A stretch of DNA of 61,818 bases, counting the filler, from Choristocarpus tenellus KU-1152 (lineage: Eukaryota > Protista > Phaeophyceae), in assembly GCA_964200185.2 (NCBI GenBank). It is 4 parts of 4 records of this genome, joined end to end, with 100 filler letters (N's around TTAATTAATTAA, not from the genome) between each part and the next. Parts side by side here need not be neighbours in the genome. Positions count along the whole stretch, not along the records: positions 39,630 to 61,818 come from CAXNAD020000299.1; 3 more parts are not named here. The stretch is one strand, 5' to 3'. The position numbers were made by a program, and so were the translations under genes. Positions 51,901 through 61,818 of the stretch are shown here, piece by piece. The notes beneath the pieces were generated by a model, which saw nothing but the letters and a program-made list of their open reading frames with translations, did no database searches and was not told the DNA's origin. Numbering within the stretch: position 1 is the first letter of the stretch; each line of letters opens with the position of its first letter.

Positions 51901-54900
51901 CTGTTTCCCGCTTTGTCCTCCACTCTGAGCCCCTTTTCGAAATATGTTTTCGCTTCCATTCACGGCACTGTGACCATAACATGTTGTAGCAGAAGCTGGT
52001 CGATGCTCAAGTTTTTGTTTTCCCCTCACTCCCTCCTCTGTAGTCCTGAGGTCTCCACTTGGGCTACCAGTGCCCATGGATTCAGTGAGAATCGATATGT
52101 TGGTCCCAGGCTCAGAGCTTGGACGTCGAGGGGAAGGTGAGGCAGTAGCATGGGCTTCAGGTACCAAACCAAATCCTAACGACCTGATTGAATCCAGCTT
52201 GCTACATATCTCCATGCAGTTGCCACAAACTGTTGCCTCACTATAATAGGCCTGTTTAGGTGAAAGATGAAGAGGTGGGCATTGGGGAGGATTTTGAAGT
52301 AGAGGCAAATAGTTGGCACACATTGAGGTGGGTAACATCAAGTAGGGTGAGGACATGGATAAGGGTTCAGGGAGTGGTGAACGTGAGGAGGGACGCAATT
52401 ACAGACGTTGCCCGTACTGTGGGGAGTGATGTTAGAGAGGTGAGTGAAAGTATCTTAGAGGGTACAAGTTTTGCCCTTTTTGTCCATTTGGGGCTTGGGT
52501 TCCCTTTTTTTTTATGACATTCTCCTACTCCAAAGTGCCAAAGTGTTTTGGAGTAGGTAAAATGTGTATGTTATGAAAAGGTATGTCCGGAACAAGGATA
52601 TTGACACTTTCAAACAAACACGATAGTATAAATTACATCAAAATTGCAACATTGGGTTTTGTCCCCGAATGGATGCGGCCCTACCCTCTAAGATACTTTG
52701 ACTCAGGTGTTCAAGATTTAGAGTGGAGGAGACGTAAATTACACTCTTAATAGTATAAGCCTAATTGACTTGTAGGAATAGGTTCTTGTGCTTCAAGTTT
52801 CTTTCCAACATCAATTTATCTATTTATCTATTTAGAGCTATTCATTCAACTACCGTGAACCCATTGAACCTTAATGTTCCCAGAACAATTGTCCCACAGG
52901 TCAGTAGTACAGGTCAAGGACCACCTTTTCAAGCGTACTCTGATCCCAGTCTCATTTGCAAGACTTCACATTCCCACACCAAACCATAGTCGTGATCCTA
53001 ATATAGGGTAATCCTCAACACCCCCCAGCCCACCCTCACACCAACCTTGACCATAACTTCGTCCCTTACTCCCGTCGTAACTGGTGTAATTCTCTCACAG
53101 CATTTCTCTTCCACACCCCATCTCTTACTCATCTCTGGATACATATCTTGGCCAAATCTGAGTCCTACACTCAGCTCTAAAACCCTCATCATTTCTTCCC
53201 CTTCTAGAACTCATTCACCTCAGGGTCAGCGGATGCCAGAGACAACTGTGCACGATGGTCACTCTCCCTCCACCTCTCTATCAAAGACTTCCCCTGTCCA
53301 CTCCCTCTGTCCAGCAGCACGCTATTCCCTCCCCTCCCTTTGCATGAATCAGACCTGTGAAGAGGTTCTTCCCCTGTGAGGAAGGATGCTGTGGCAATTG
53401 CGAGCAGGATGGATCGTGAGGTAACCTGCCGAGTCAATGGGTGAGGACTGGATACTGAGTGGGAGGGCATAGGGAAATGGGTTTGGGATGGAAAACATGC
53501 TTATAAGTGAGATGGTGAACTTGGAGTAATAGAGAAAAATAGTGTGGGGGACAGGGGAGGGGGGTGGGTATTGCATTTGTGGGTATAGTTGTGGGCTTAC
53601 CTGGTAGCGAAGGTGGTCTGGGGCCACTTCAATAGTTGAATACTTAGAAGCCAAGGTTTGGTTGAAATATGTATGAAACTCTGTAAGACTGAATTTAGAC
53701 ATTGTCAAAAATAGCAAGGATTATCTTACTTGCAATAGAACTTGTCAATAACCTGCGAGCAAAATACCGTTCACTTTCCCATTTTAGACAGAGGAAAGGA
53801 AGGTATTGGAATAAAGCCTGCACTTTGACTCCTAGTTAACAAGCACTTGTCCAGAAAAATAAGCCAGATGAAAAATTTCATCGAGAAGAAATTTCCAAGC
53901 AGAAAAAAACTTCTAGTGCAAAAAGATTTCCGTCCTTCAAGGACCATCACGTTACAGATTATTATCCCGTGATACTGCCTTTAGATATATCGCTCATGAC
54001 AAACCGATCAAAGCAGATTTTCCTACTTAAACCGAAATGGAGTATGCTCATACTTGGACATGTGTTTGCTTGCAACCTTGCCCCTCATCATGCAGTGTAG
54101 GCCACACCTTCCACTTCGGAAAGCTAGGTACAAAATAATTACATTTGATCATGATTTATCCAAATCCTTCTTGACCTTCACAGGTTGCTTCAGTACGAAT
54201 GTGAAAGCAGTAGCCCTTCCGTTCCATCCCCGTGCCTTATCCCTTCCCCACCTGCCCCCCTCCCCCCCCCAGCTCAAGCCCCAGCAAAATTCAGCAATCA
54301 ACACAGTGAGAGGGAGACTTAAACCTTGTGCTCCATCTCATTTTTCCACCTTGAAGCGCATTTTGGATAACTCCTCAAAGGAGCTGGGATGAGATGGATC
54401 TCTTTCCTCCACAGTAAGGTTGCTCAAATTAGAGCTATCTCCTTCCTCGCATTCTTCCACTGCTTTATCCCCCACATAGCGTTCAACCACCAGTTCCCAG
54501 GAAGGGGTAGAGCAAGTCTGGGTCCCTTTATTTGTTCTTTTCATATCTTGAAGCTTCTCAAAGAATATACACAATGAGGAATGGGCACAATAGGTTGTAT
54601 TCATTACATTACTTTGAGCATGATTGGCTTGAACATATCTTGGCCTGGGTGTGTGTGAGTGGTTTGAGTGTGATTATCCTCTTGGGAGAAGCTGCAACCT
54701 TCCTCACAAATGAAACCAGGAGAAAATATAGTACTCCCATACTGCATGCATCAGAGGGTGCTTGTGAATACCTCCATTAGACAAGGCCTACAGAGATGTT
54801 TGGCGTGACAACAAAAGTAGGTAGACAAAGGCAACAGTAGACAATGGCAGCGGAAGCTGAGGAAGTCAGTTATATCAAGGAGAACATACCTTTCTCCAGC

Positions 54901-56092
54901 TGCCTAACCCCTTCAGGTCGCAGAGTTGCACCCTTGACACATAAATTCCCCCCTTGCACTGAATTGGAGGTGGTTTGCCGCTCACATCCAAGCACGGTAA
55001 GTGAACACCTTCCGAGAACTTAACCAACCCCAGTCTTGGTAAAGCAGATGATTCCGACTTGTGTTGAACTTCCCCGTGCTCACTCCACGCAGTACTAGCT
55101 AGTGTCTTCCCTCGTCTAGGATGTTCTACCCTCCAGTTTCCAAGCGGGGTATCACCACCCTCCAAAGGAGCATGCAAACTTCCTAGAGTGGGCATTGTAC
55201 TCGCCGTTGTGGTTGGAGTCTTGCCACCATTAACATCACCATTAGGATTATTCCTGTCACTTCTATCAGAGACACGATTTTGTTCATTCTCTCCTGTAGG
55301 AGGGCTAGCACGTACTGATAGCACGCTTGGGATTGAGAGCAGCCACAATTCCTTGTTATCATCTAGGATGAACTCAATCTCACACCGTGTGACCACTTCC
55401 TCCTCTTGTAAGGAGAGAGATCGCTGGAAGAAGTTCACAAGGTTGAATATCGATTCCTCCACCTCTTTACGCAACCATAAAGCCTCTGAATCAGAACCGA
55501 GCTGGGATTCAGTCGTAGGGAGACCGTCTTCGCTTTCGTTTCGATACAACGGTGAGACACATGTTATCGCCGCCATCTGGTCACATCCAGTATAGACCCC
55601 GCGGATATAAGAGTTGCTGCCGTTCCTTGGTCGGAGGAAACACTGAAGGACGGCACCAATGAGCACAGGTGCCATTGATGGACCAAGCAGAGCTGCTTCC
55701 ACGCCCATTCTATCTAGCGCAATCCTTTCCTCCAAGCTCTTTCGAAACGGACTATCAACCAAGGCCACGTAACCCTCTTGATTGTTGGGGTTGGCAAGGG
55801 CGAAGGTTGCAAACCTCTCAACCATCTTGACAACGTTTTGTGCCTTCCTCTTACTTGTTACCAGACCTGACTTTGAGGTGAAGATCCAGCTCTCGATCTT
55901 TCCGCTCTCATCAAGAACTACTGTATCCACAAGGCGCATGCCCGACCACCGCCATGTTGAGTCTTGACCTTTCCCGCAATTTTCCCCTCCAGCCAACACA
56001 TGGGTAACCCACTTCTTACCAAGTTCGCGAGGTTTTTCATGCTCGGTCGATTCGGCGGTGCGACCAGATAAGTAATTTTTACTGGCAGTCAT
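39978..56092 (-). CDS. Large coiled-coil protein with an N-terminal globular domain, 3'-truncated; 20 exons: 56092-54890, 54553-54350, 53642-53601, 53425-53219, 52251-51505, 51200-50793, 49646-49152, 48614-48426, 47673-47572, 46971-46876, 46192-46091, 45592-45470, 45295-45229, 45065-44921, 44172-44019, 42733-42533, 41838-41743, 41173-41075, 40793-40644, 40092-39978
   Basis: Each exon is bounded by AG/GT and the phases join without stops. The C-terminal half is heptad-rich (SEARIRTLNNKVEFLKAQLASE; IRRLDNERQYLKSQLESE). The N-terminal half has DTVV..WIFTSKSG, LQCFLRP, EFILDDNKELWLL and a YYSEATVCGNC..LDSIR motif. Confidence 0.85.
43237..43495 (-). mobile_element. MITE family A, reverse full copy, TSD TGAT (intronic)
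   Basis: TGAT at 43233-43236 and 43496-43499; both TIRs present. Confidence 0.92.
44381..44644 (+). mobile_element. MITE subfamily A' with a telomeric insertion; possible 3-bp TSD TTT
   Basis: TIRs GAATCAAACCATTTAGGAGGGTAG / CTACCCTCTTAAATGATTTGGGTC; interior homologous to 29782-30037. Confidence 0.85.
50174..50434 (+). mobile_element. MITE family C, 3-bp TSD TGA (intronic)
   Basis: TIRs GAGTCAAATTAAGCGAGAAGTACCCA / TGGGTACCTCTTGCTTACTTCGACTC; TGA on both flanks. Confidence 0.85.
52442..52704 (+). mobile_element. MITE family A, full copy, TSD AGGT (intronic)
   Basis: Near-perfect 23-bp TIRs; AGGT at 52438-52441 and 52705-52708. Confidence 0.93.
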
Positions 56093-56319
56093 CGGGACCT
56101 GAGAGACTGCCACAGATATTTCGAAATCCTGTGCAATAGCAGTTTCAGTTATTTTTTCTTCTTTACAATGATTTATTGTTGGGTTGATATCGTTTCAGAC
56201 ACAAACATATGTCAATGTAGGAGGTACCACACATTCAACCACCCCAAACCTGACTTCCTGGTGTTTCAAGATTACGTTACGATGTTTGGGAAAGAAGTTC
56301 TCCAATTCTTCGACTTACA

Positions 56320-56573
56320 TTTCGTGCATCGAGATGTATGATGGGGGAGCTTGGCTAGTCACACTTTTTGCTGAGGTTCCGCCAAATGGCCCTACCCACT
56401 CATACGAGCCTTGTGTCGAGTTCAGAGATAGTCCGTCGAATGCGCGTAGACCGCGCAAAACGCATAAAGACTTTTCGAAGCCTTCAGGTCGGAGACTCTG
56501 ATGTGGGGAACTCTCAAAGTGGAGCATTCGCGAAAAATGACGATTCCAATGGGAAGATGTATTCTCAGGTCTG
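56320..56573. promoter_or_regulatory. Putative compact bidirectional promoter / first-exon region
   Basis: CpG-rich, TE-free stretch between divergent splice donors (minus-strand gtaagt at 56318; plus-strand gtgaga at 56574) that lead to the two head-to-head CDSs. Confidence 0.55.
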
Positions 56574-56745
56574 GTGAGAAGGTTGCTGTCACCCTGTTTG
56601 CTACTGTAGAAAAGTATCTTCGTATTGTTGAATAGGGACCTAAAGTTGATTGTACGTGCCTTTATTTTCATGGGGTAAATCCACCCCAACATTTTCGTCG
56701 TCTGTTTTTTGCTTTTCCTTCTTCTCGCAGTCACTCGAACGACTC

Positions 56746-59652
56746 ATGGATTTCAAGTTAAACCATAAAGCGAGAACTCGAAGCTATCAGCAGAAGGTGA
56801 ATTGGCTCGAAGAGAATGAGCACCTTCGACGAGAAAGTCAGGGGCTTAGCAAGTCCATTATGGTAAGCAGGAAATTAAGGTTCATCGCCCACTTTTTCGT
56901 GCAACCACCATCGGTATATGTGAAAAATAGCTAACCTAGCTCGACTTTCGTGAAATACACAGGAAATTCTTCAAAGCTCTGTCCACCACACGGAACCTGC
57001 TTTACTGACTCCTAATTTGGGGGAGCAAACAGGGAGAAAGGTTGATCCGAAAAGCGATCCATTGGCTAGATCTCAACAAAACCTTTGCCGTGGCACTTAT
57101 GTCGGTGAAAACTGCACAGGAAGCACAAAACACCGAGAGATAGACCTTGGTTCAGCCTTCCCTGTTGCGCTCGGCAATGTGTCCTTGAAAACAAGAAATA
57201 AGAGCATTCTAGAAGAGGCTCAAGAGTTGGATCTGGCGAGAGAAAAAGACAAAGAGTCAGATGTGGGCCATCTCTATGAGCTGAGAACACTTCTCAAAGA
57301 ACTCTCCACTGTTTCCAGAAGGGTTTTGGTTCCACAGGAACAACTGGAATCACCCCAACATTCATCTCAGGTAGCGGAAGTTTCAACCCTGTCCTCGACC
57401 AGCAAGAAGAATGCGCTAGTGGGAGGGCACAAATCTGTGAAGGGGGACAGTGAAAAGGTGTTGCTTCAAACCACTGCAGGTCAAGAGGGAAAAATGACCA
57501 AGAGTGGAAATGACTTGAACACAGCGATTGAGGTTGCAAAAAAGAACAGCACTACAGTTGTTGTCAAACCCAATGAGCAGGAGTGCTCCAATGGGAAGAG
57601 GAACTGGACAAGCCGGGTAGAGGTTATGGCAAATGTACTCTTGCAGGTAATAGTCATTTTGTCTCAAAAATTTGTTTCTCTTTGCAGTATTATGCTTCTT
57701 CAAAGTGCTCACAAGGAACATTTCCCTTTGTGTTTCTGTATTCGCTCTTCTCCATCACGGTGGACAGGATCCACCCAAAATCAATCCTCCCACACTGCGC
57801 TAAGATTACGTTGTGAAGAAAAGTTGACATTGAAGTCAGTTCTGCCTAAATCCTGCACAATCAGAAACGGTATTTGACATCCAGGATGGTTGCCATCATT
57901 CCATTTGGGGCACTCGAAAGTACACTTGATTAATATGCCCCATGCGTGAACCATACTGACTACTGTGAAAGTCTAGAACTTCATTTGTCCCACCAGGCTA
58001 GTCAACTATCCTTTTTAAGTCCAAAGTTTGGTTTCGGATTCATTTCCTGTAGAATACATAGGAGAAACTGTGAATGATGTGAGGATACTCATTGACCCTC
58101 TTGTTGTCCTGACTGGTCACTCTGTCCTTAGAGGGAACACAATTTAAACCCAAGCTACATATAGCTTCCACTCTTGGTAACCATTCTAGTACCCTTACTG
58201 ACCAAATGCCAATGGTACCTCCCATGCAACTGCACTGCTGCACTCTCGAACACATAGTCAAGAATTGCCCAGGGGCTGGCTCAGGAACAACTTGCAGAGA
58301 GGGCCGAAGTTCTGTGCCGGGAAGTGAGAGAGGCCAGACTTGCTGTTACAAAGGCCCTCTCTGAAGAGGGCAACAACCAAAGGGAAGGCGAGGACCATAC
58401 ACAAAAAAACCTTCTAAGAAAAATCGAGTTAGGCGCTCTCAGGGAAAGTCAAGATCGTGACTTAGGAACACCAGGCATGTGCTTGGGTGATGAAGGGGAA
58501 CTGGATCCAGACGATGGAGGAGTAGAGGATTTGGGGTTACAATTGCGAAATATGATGTTCTGGTCTTGTCAAAATTGAATTTTTGAAAGCTAGTTGGGTT
58601 TTGAACAAATTGAATGTTGTCCCCCCATTGTACACTCTGTTCAATTCAATTGGGTTTCAACTTGCACCGCCTGGTAATACATAGTTAATGCTGTAGTCCA
58701 ATGGTATTATCCAGAGGGTTCTTTGAAAGTAATCAACCTAGACTGCACGTTTCTAGACTCAACTGACATAACTTTACTACTGACGATCCATACAAACCTG
58801 GTCAACACACACCAATGTAGTAGTACTACCCTGAAGCACTCCACTGGTGGTATGGCCAGGCCTGAATTGGAATGAAGGAGCAACTGAGGGAAAATTCCTA
58901 AGTGAGGTTGTGGAGGGAGATGATGAGGCAGTGTCATATGCCCTTCTACGTGAGGAGGTTCTGCAAAGGTATGGATGGCCTTCGTAGGTGTAGCCAACAC
59001 TGTGCTCACCTGCATGCATGCATTTCCCCCTCTCATCTTAAGCACACCTTATTAATCCACCACTGTCACTGTACCTTCTTACTTTTTTTTATGGCATGTA
59101 AAATGAGAAATATCCTGCCCAATTATTCTATCTGCCTTAGAATTGAAACCTGGTGAGGAATGGTTCAAAATCAAACACCAAATTATTGTGTAAAACAGAA
59201 GGTCAAAGAATATGCCGCCAAGATACAGAACAGTATGTTTTGTTGACCATTCTCCTATCCTTGGTACTAAGGATAGGACACAATGAGGGTAAATGTCACT
59301 ATTGCCCTCTGTCCCATCATCTTACTTTAGGCATAAATCGTATTTTGGTTTTCCCTTCACTTCTTGTTTGCTCCATCTTGGGGGAGAGTAATGGTGACAA
59401 CAATAGATGAACTAAGTGTCTCACATACTCTTCTCCACCCTCGCTTGCCATAAATTTTAAAACATCCTACCATCCCCTGGCTTCATTGCATGTTGAGGCC
59501 TTTAGATGTGAGGTTCTAAATGCTGACCACATCCGCCGGGTTACAGACCTTAGGCAAGATTTCTTGCAAATTGCATCTGGATCAACAGCAGCCGGCAATG
59601 TGGAGGCAGCACTGGACAAGTGTGGGGGGTGGAATGCAGATGAACACTTCAG
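56746..59652 (+). CDS. CCDC148/CCDC112-like coiled-coil protein, partial; exons 56746-56862, 56963-57646, 58273-~58480, ~59506-59652
   Basis: The first three exons join in phase 0 (MDFKLNHKARTRSYQQKVNWLEENEHLRRE...). A later exon carries 'CGGWNADEHFR', resembling the GGWxxxxHxxF motif of CCDC112/CCDC148. The exon 3 donor and downstream exons are uncertain. Confidence 0.65.
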
Positions 59653-60073
59653 GTTGGATATGGGTTTATGTGAACCTACTGTGAGTGATTTTTGTGAGGG
59701 GTCACTTGTTGTCAAACGTGTGCATGGAGGAACTTTTCTTAACAGCTAACAAGAAAACATAGATTTTCTGGTGCTTCTATGCAGAATCTTTTGTGCACTT
59801 GATCCAAGTGTTTCTTTGGTCTCCAGATGCACACTTCTTGCTATTCAAACAGGAACTCAACATCTCTGATTTTGATTCTGTCCGCAGCTCTATGTGGCTT
59901 TGATCCTTGATTCCTAATCACTATCAAACCAACCAATCTAGACAAATAGGCAACATCGGCATGGGTTCAAGGCCAAACCAGTGGTCAATTTGTGCCCACA
60001 AGCTTTATCCAGACTCCAATGTGAAAGTGAATCGTCGTCCATCAAAATTTAACAAGTAAAATCTTGAATTGTG

Positions 60074-60295
60074 GTGGCAAAGTATCTTAGGGTTAGGGTA
60101 CGAGTTTGCCCTGTTTGTCCGTTTGGGGCTTGACTTCCCACGGGATTTTTATGACATTTTCCTACTCCGAAATGTTTCCAGAACAAGGATATTGACACTT
60201 CCTAACAAATACGATAGCCAAATTACAACAAAATCGCAACATTGGATTTTGGCCCCCAAACGGACGCGGCTCTACCCTCTAAGATACTTTGAATT
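60074..60295 (+). mobile_element. MITE family A copy with an internal deletion and a telomeric insertion in the left TIR
   Basis: Family A interior and right TIR; lacks ~35-40 nt starting at the right arm of the palindrome; left TIR reads CTTAGGGTTAGGGT. Confidence 0.88.
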
Positions 60296-61799
60296 GGGCG
60301 GAGCAACAAGCAGTGAGGCGGTTGAACCCAACATGCAAGAAATATGCAAGGCATACATGGGAAATGCAATTACTATATACTACATTTAATCAACTCAGTG
60401 CAGTAGTAGTGCTTGCTAAAAAGTGTAGTGGAGTCTGTAGCCAGAGAACACCGTTGTAACTTGGAGGTTAACGGAGGCTGTTCCCCGCACAAATTGCATG
60501 GGTTCAACCTCCTCGAACCCAAACCCGGTTACATTCAACATCTTAATCGATTTCCGAACTGTTCCAAGTCTTCAAGAACGCCGGACTGAGAGGCTCATAG
60601 TATCCTAGGGGGGGTTCAGGCATCCATTCGGGGCCTGTGTGAACCAGTAGTGATTTTCATGTCATCTGATTGAGCATGTCAGATGTAAGGGAAATTTCCT
60701 TCACCTGAATGCACCTTCATTTTCCATCCCCCTGCCTCAACAAAATCTGAAGGAAAATCACTAGCGAAATGGGCATCAAACTGAGGTATCTTAAAACACT
60801 TAATCTAGCCCCGAATGGACAACCTGGGCTAAACACCCCACCCTCTAAGAAAGATAATATGGGTCAGAACGAGGTGGGAAGGCGTTCTTGCCCAGCGACA
60901 CTGAGGCAGGATCAGAGCTCCACATTCGAGGGAGGAGGCCAAGTGGCAAGTGGTGGGATGGTTGGACCCAACTCGCGAGAAGCCAGGGATGAATTGAGAC
61001 AGTGCAATTAGCCATACTGAAACAGTTAGATGCAGTAGTTGGTTATCATGAGAAAACACTTCATTATATAGTATCTCCGACCATAATATATGCCTCTGAC
61101 AACAGCATAGTGCTTCTGGTCACGGGTTGGGATAGTCTCTGGGCTAAAGTCAAAGTTCCCCGACTGTAGTGAAGAAATAATCATATGTGCCGTGTCTAGT
61201 ACTGCTAACCATGCACGGAGCAGGGCTAGGTAGATAGGGTCAAAGAAGAGTTTCTAGTCCCAGACTATAGCATAGAAAATCACTTGAATATTGCAACAAA
61301 TTTAATACATTTTTGGTAGAGGTAGATGCCTTGCAACCCTGGCACTAAAGATTTGGATTAGTGCTTTGAATGCCAGCCAACAAAGGACTACTGATGACAA
61401 GTCCTTCTGTGAGGTACATTTGTTGATGTCCAAGTTTTCATTAAGTACTCTGGAAACTTGTAAAGACCGAGCACCGTGATGAATCCGTGATGAATTGCAT
61501 CATTGGAGTTACATAACATTATGCTTTGGAACTGTTTTTAAGCATCCTATAATTAGATATAGTACTTCATGAAGACAGCTCTACACCCAAGAAAGATGCT
61601 GCAATTGCCCAGAGTATATTTTCGCCTTCACATGTATTGGGCGCTTTAAAACAAGGATCACACAAGAGACAGAATATTCAACTCTTGCTAGTGACCAGCG
61701 ATTCATTATGGTAAAATGTCAAATATCTATGGCAAACGAAAATACATTCCATTGGAAGAACAAACATTGGGAGAAATAAGGGGAGCAGGGCTCATATGA

Positions 61800-61818
61800 G
61801 GGTCAAAGTATCTGGGGG
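61800..61818. mobile_element. MITE family B terminus at the window end
   Basis: GGGTCAAAGTATCTGGGGG. Confidence 0.8.

Noticed and set aside
19525-52704. MITEs as introner elements or CRISPR-like repeats
   Set aside because: Copies sit inside introns or intergenic DNA rather than defining splice sites, and they are dispersed with no repeat-spacer periodicity.
59960-60520. GGTTCAA motifs as tRNA T-loops
   Set aside because: No cloverleaf or A-box context is visible.

Overview
Eukaryotic nuclear DNA with GT-AG introns and TTAGGG repeats. It is most consistent with a photosynthetic stramenopile, probably a brown alga; this is inferred from an ASAFAP-like plastid presequence and the intron style. 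The window is four contigs joined by artificial 100-nt spacers (N44-TTAATTAATTAA-N44), so adjacency across the spacers is not biological. Genes reconstructed by hand: a complete 4-exon NAA30/MAK3 (NatC acetyltransferase), a convergent ~7-exon gene for a putatively plastid-targeted unknown protein, three exons of a tandem CCCH zinc-finger gene, one exon of a DRTGG/phosphotransacetylase-N-terminal-like gene, and a 20-exon minus-strand coiled-coil gene (3' truncated) that lies head-to-head with a CCDC148/CCDC112-like gene. Introns and intergenic DNA are filled with decayed retroelements (CRE-like RLE non-LTR, LINE, Copia) and a clan of ~260-bp MITEs with GAG...CTC-type TIRs and 4-bp or 3-bp TSDs (Sola2-like). 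The most unusual signals are nine short interstitial TTAGGG tracts, two of them visibly inserted into MITE copies, and CpG decay across MITE copies that implies germline 5mC. No RNA genes, CRISPR arrays or intact transposase were found, and I cannot support a clearly novel multi-gene system.
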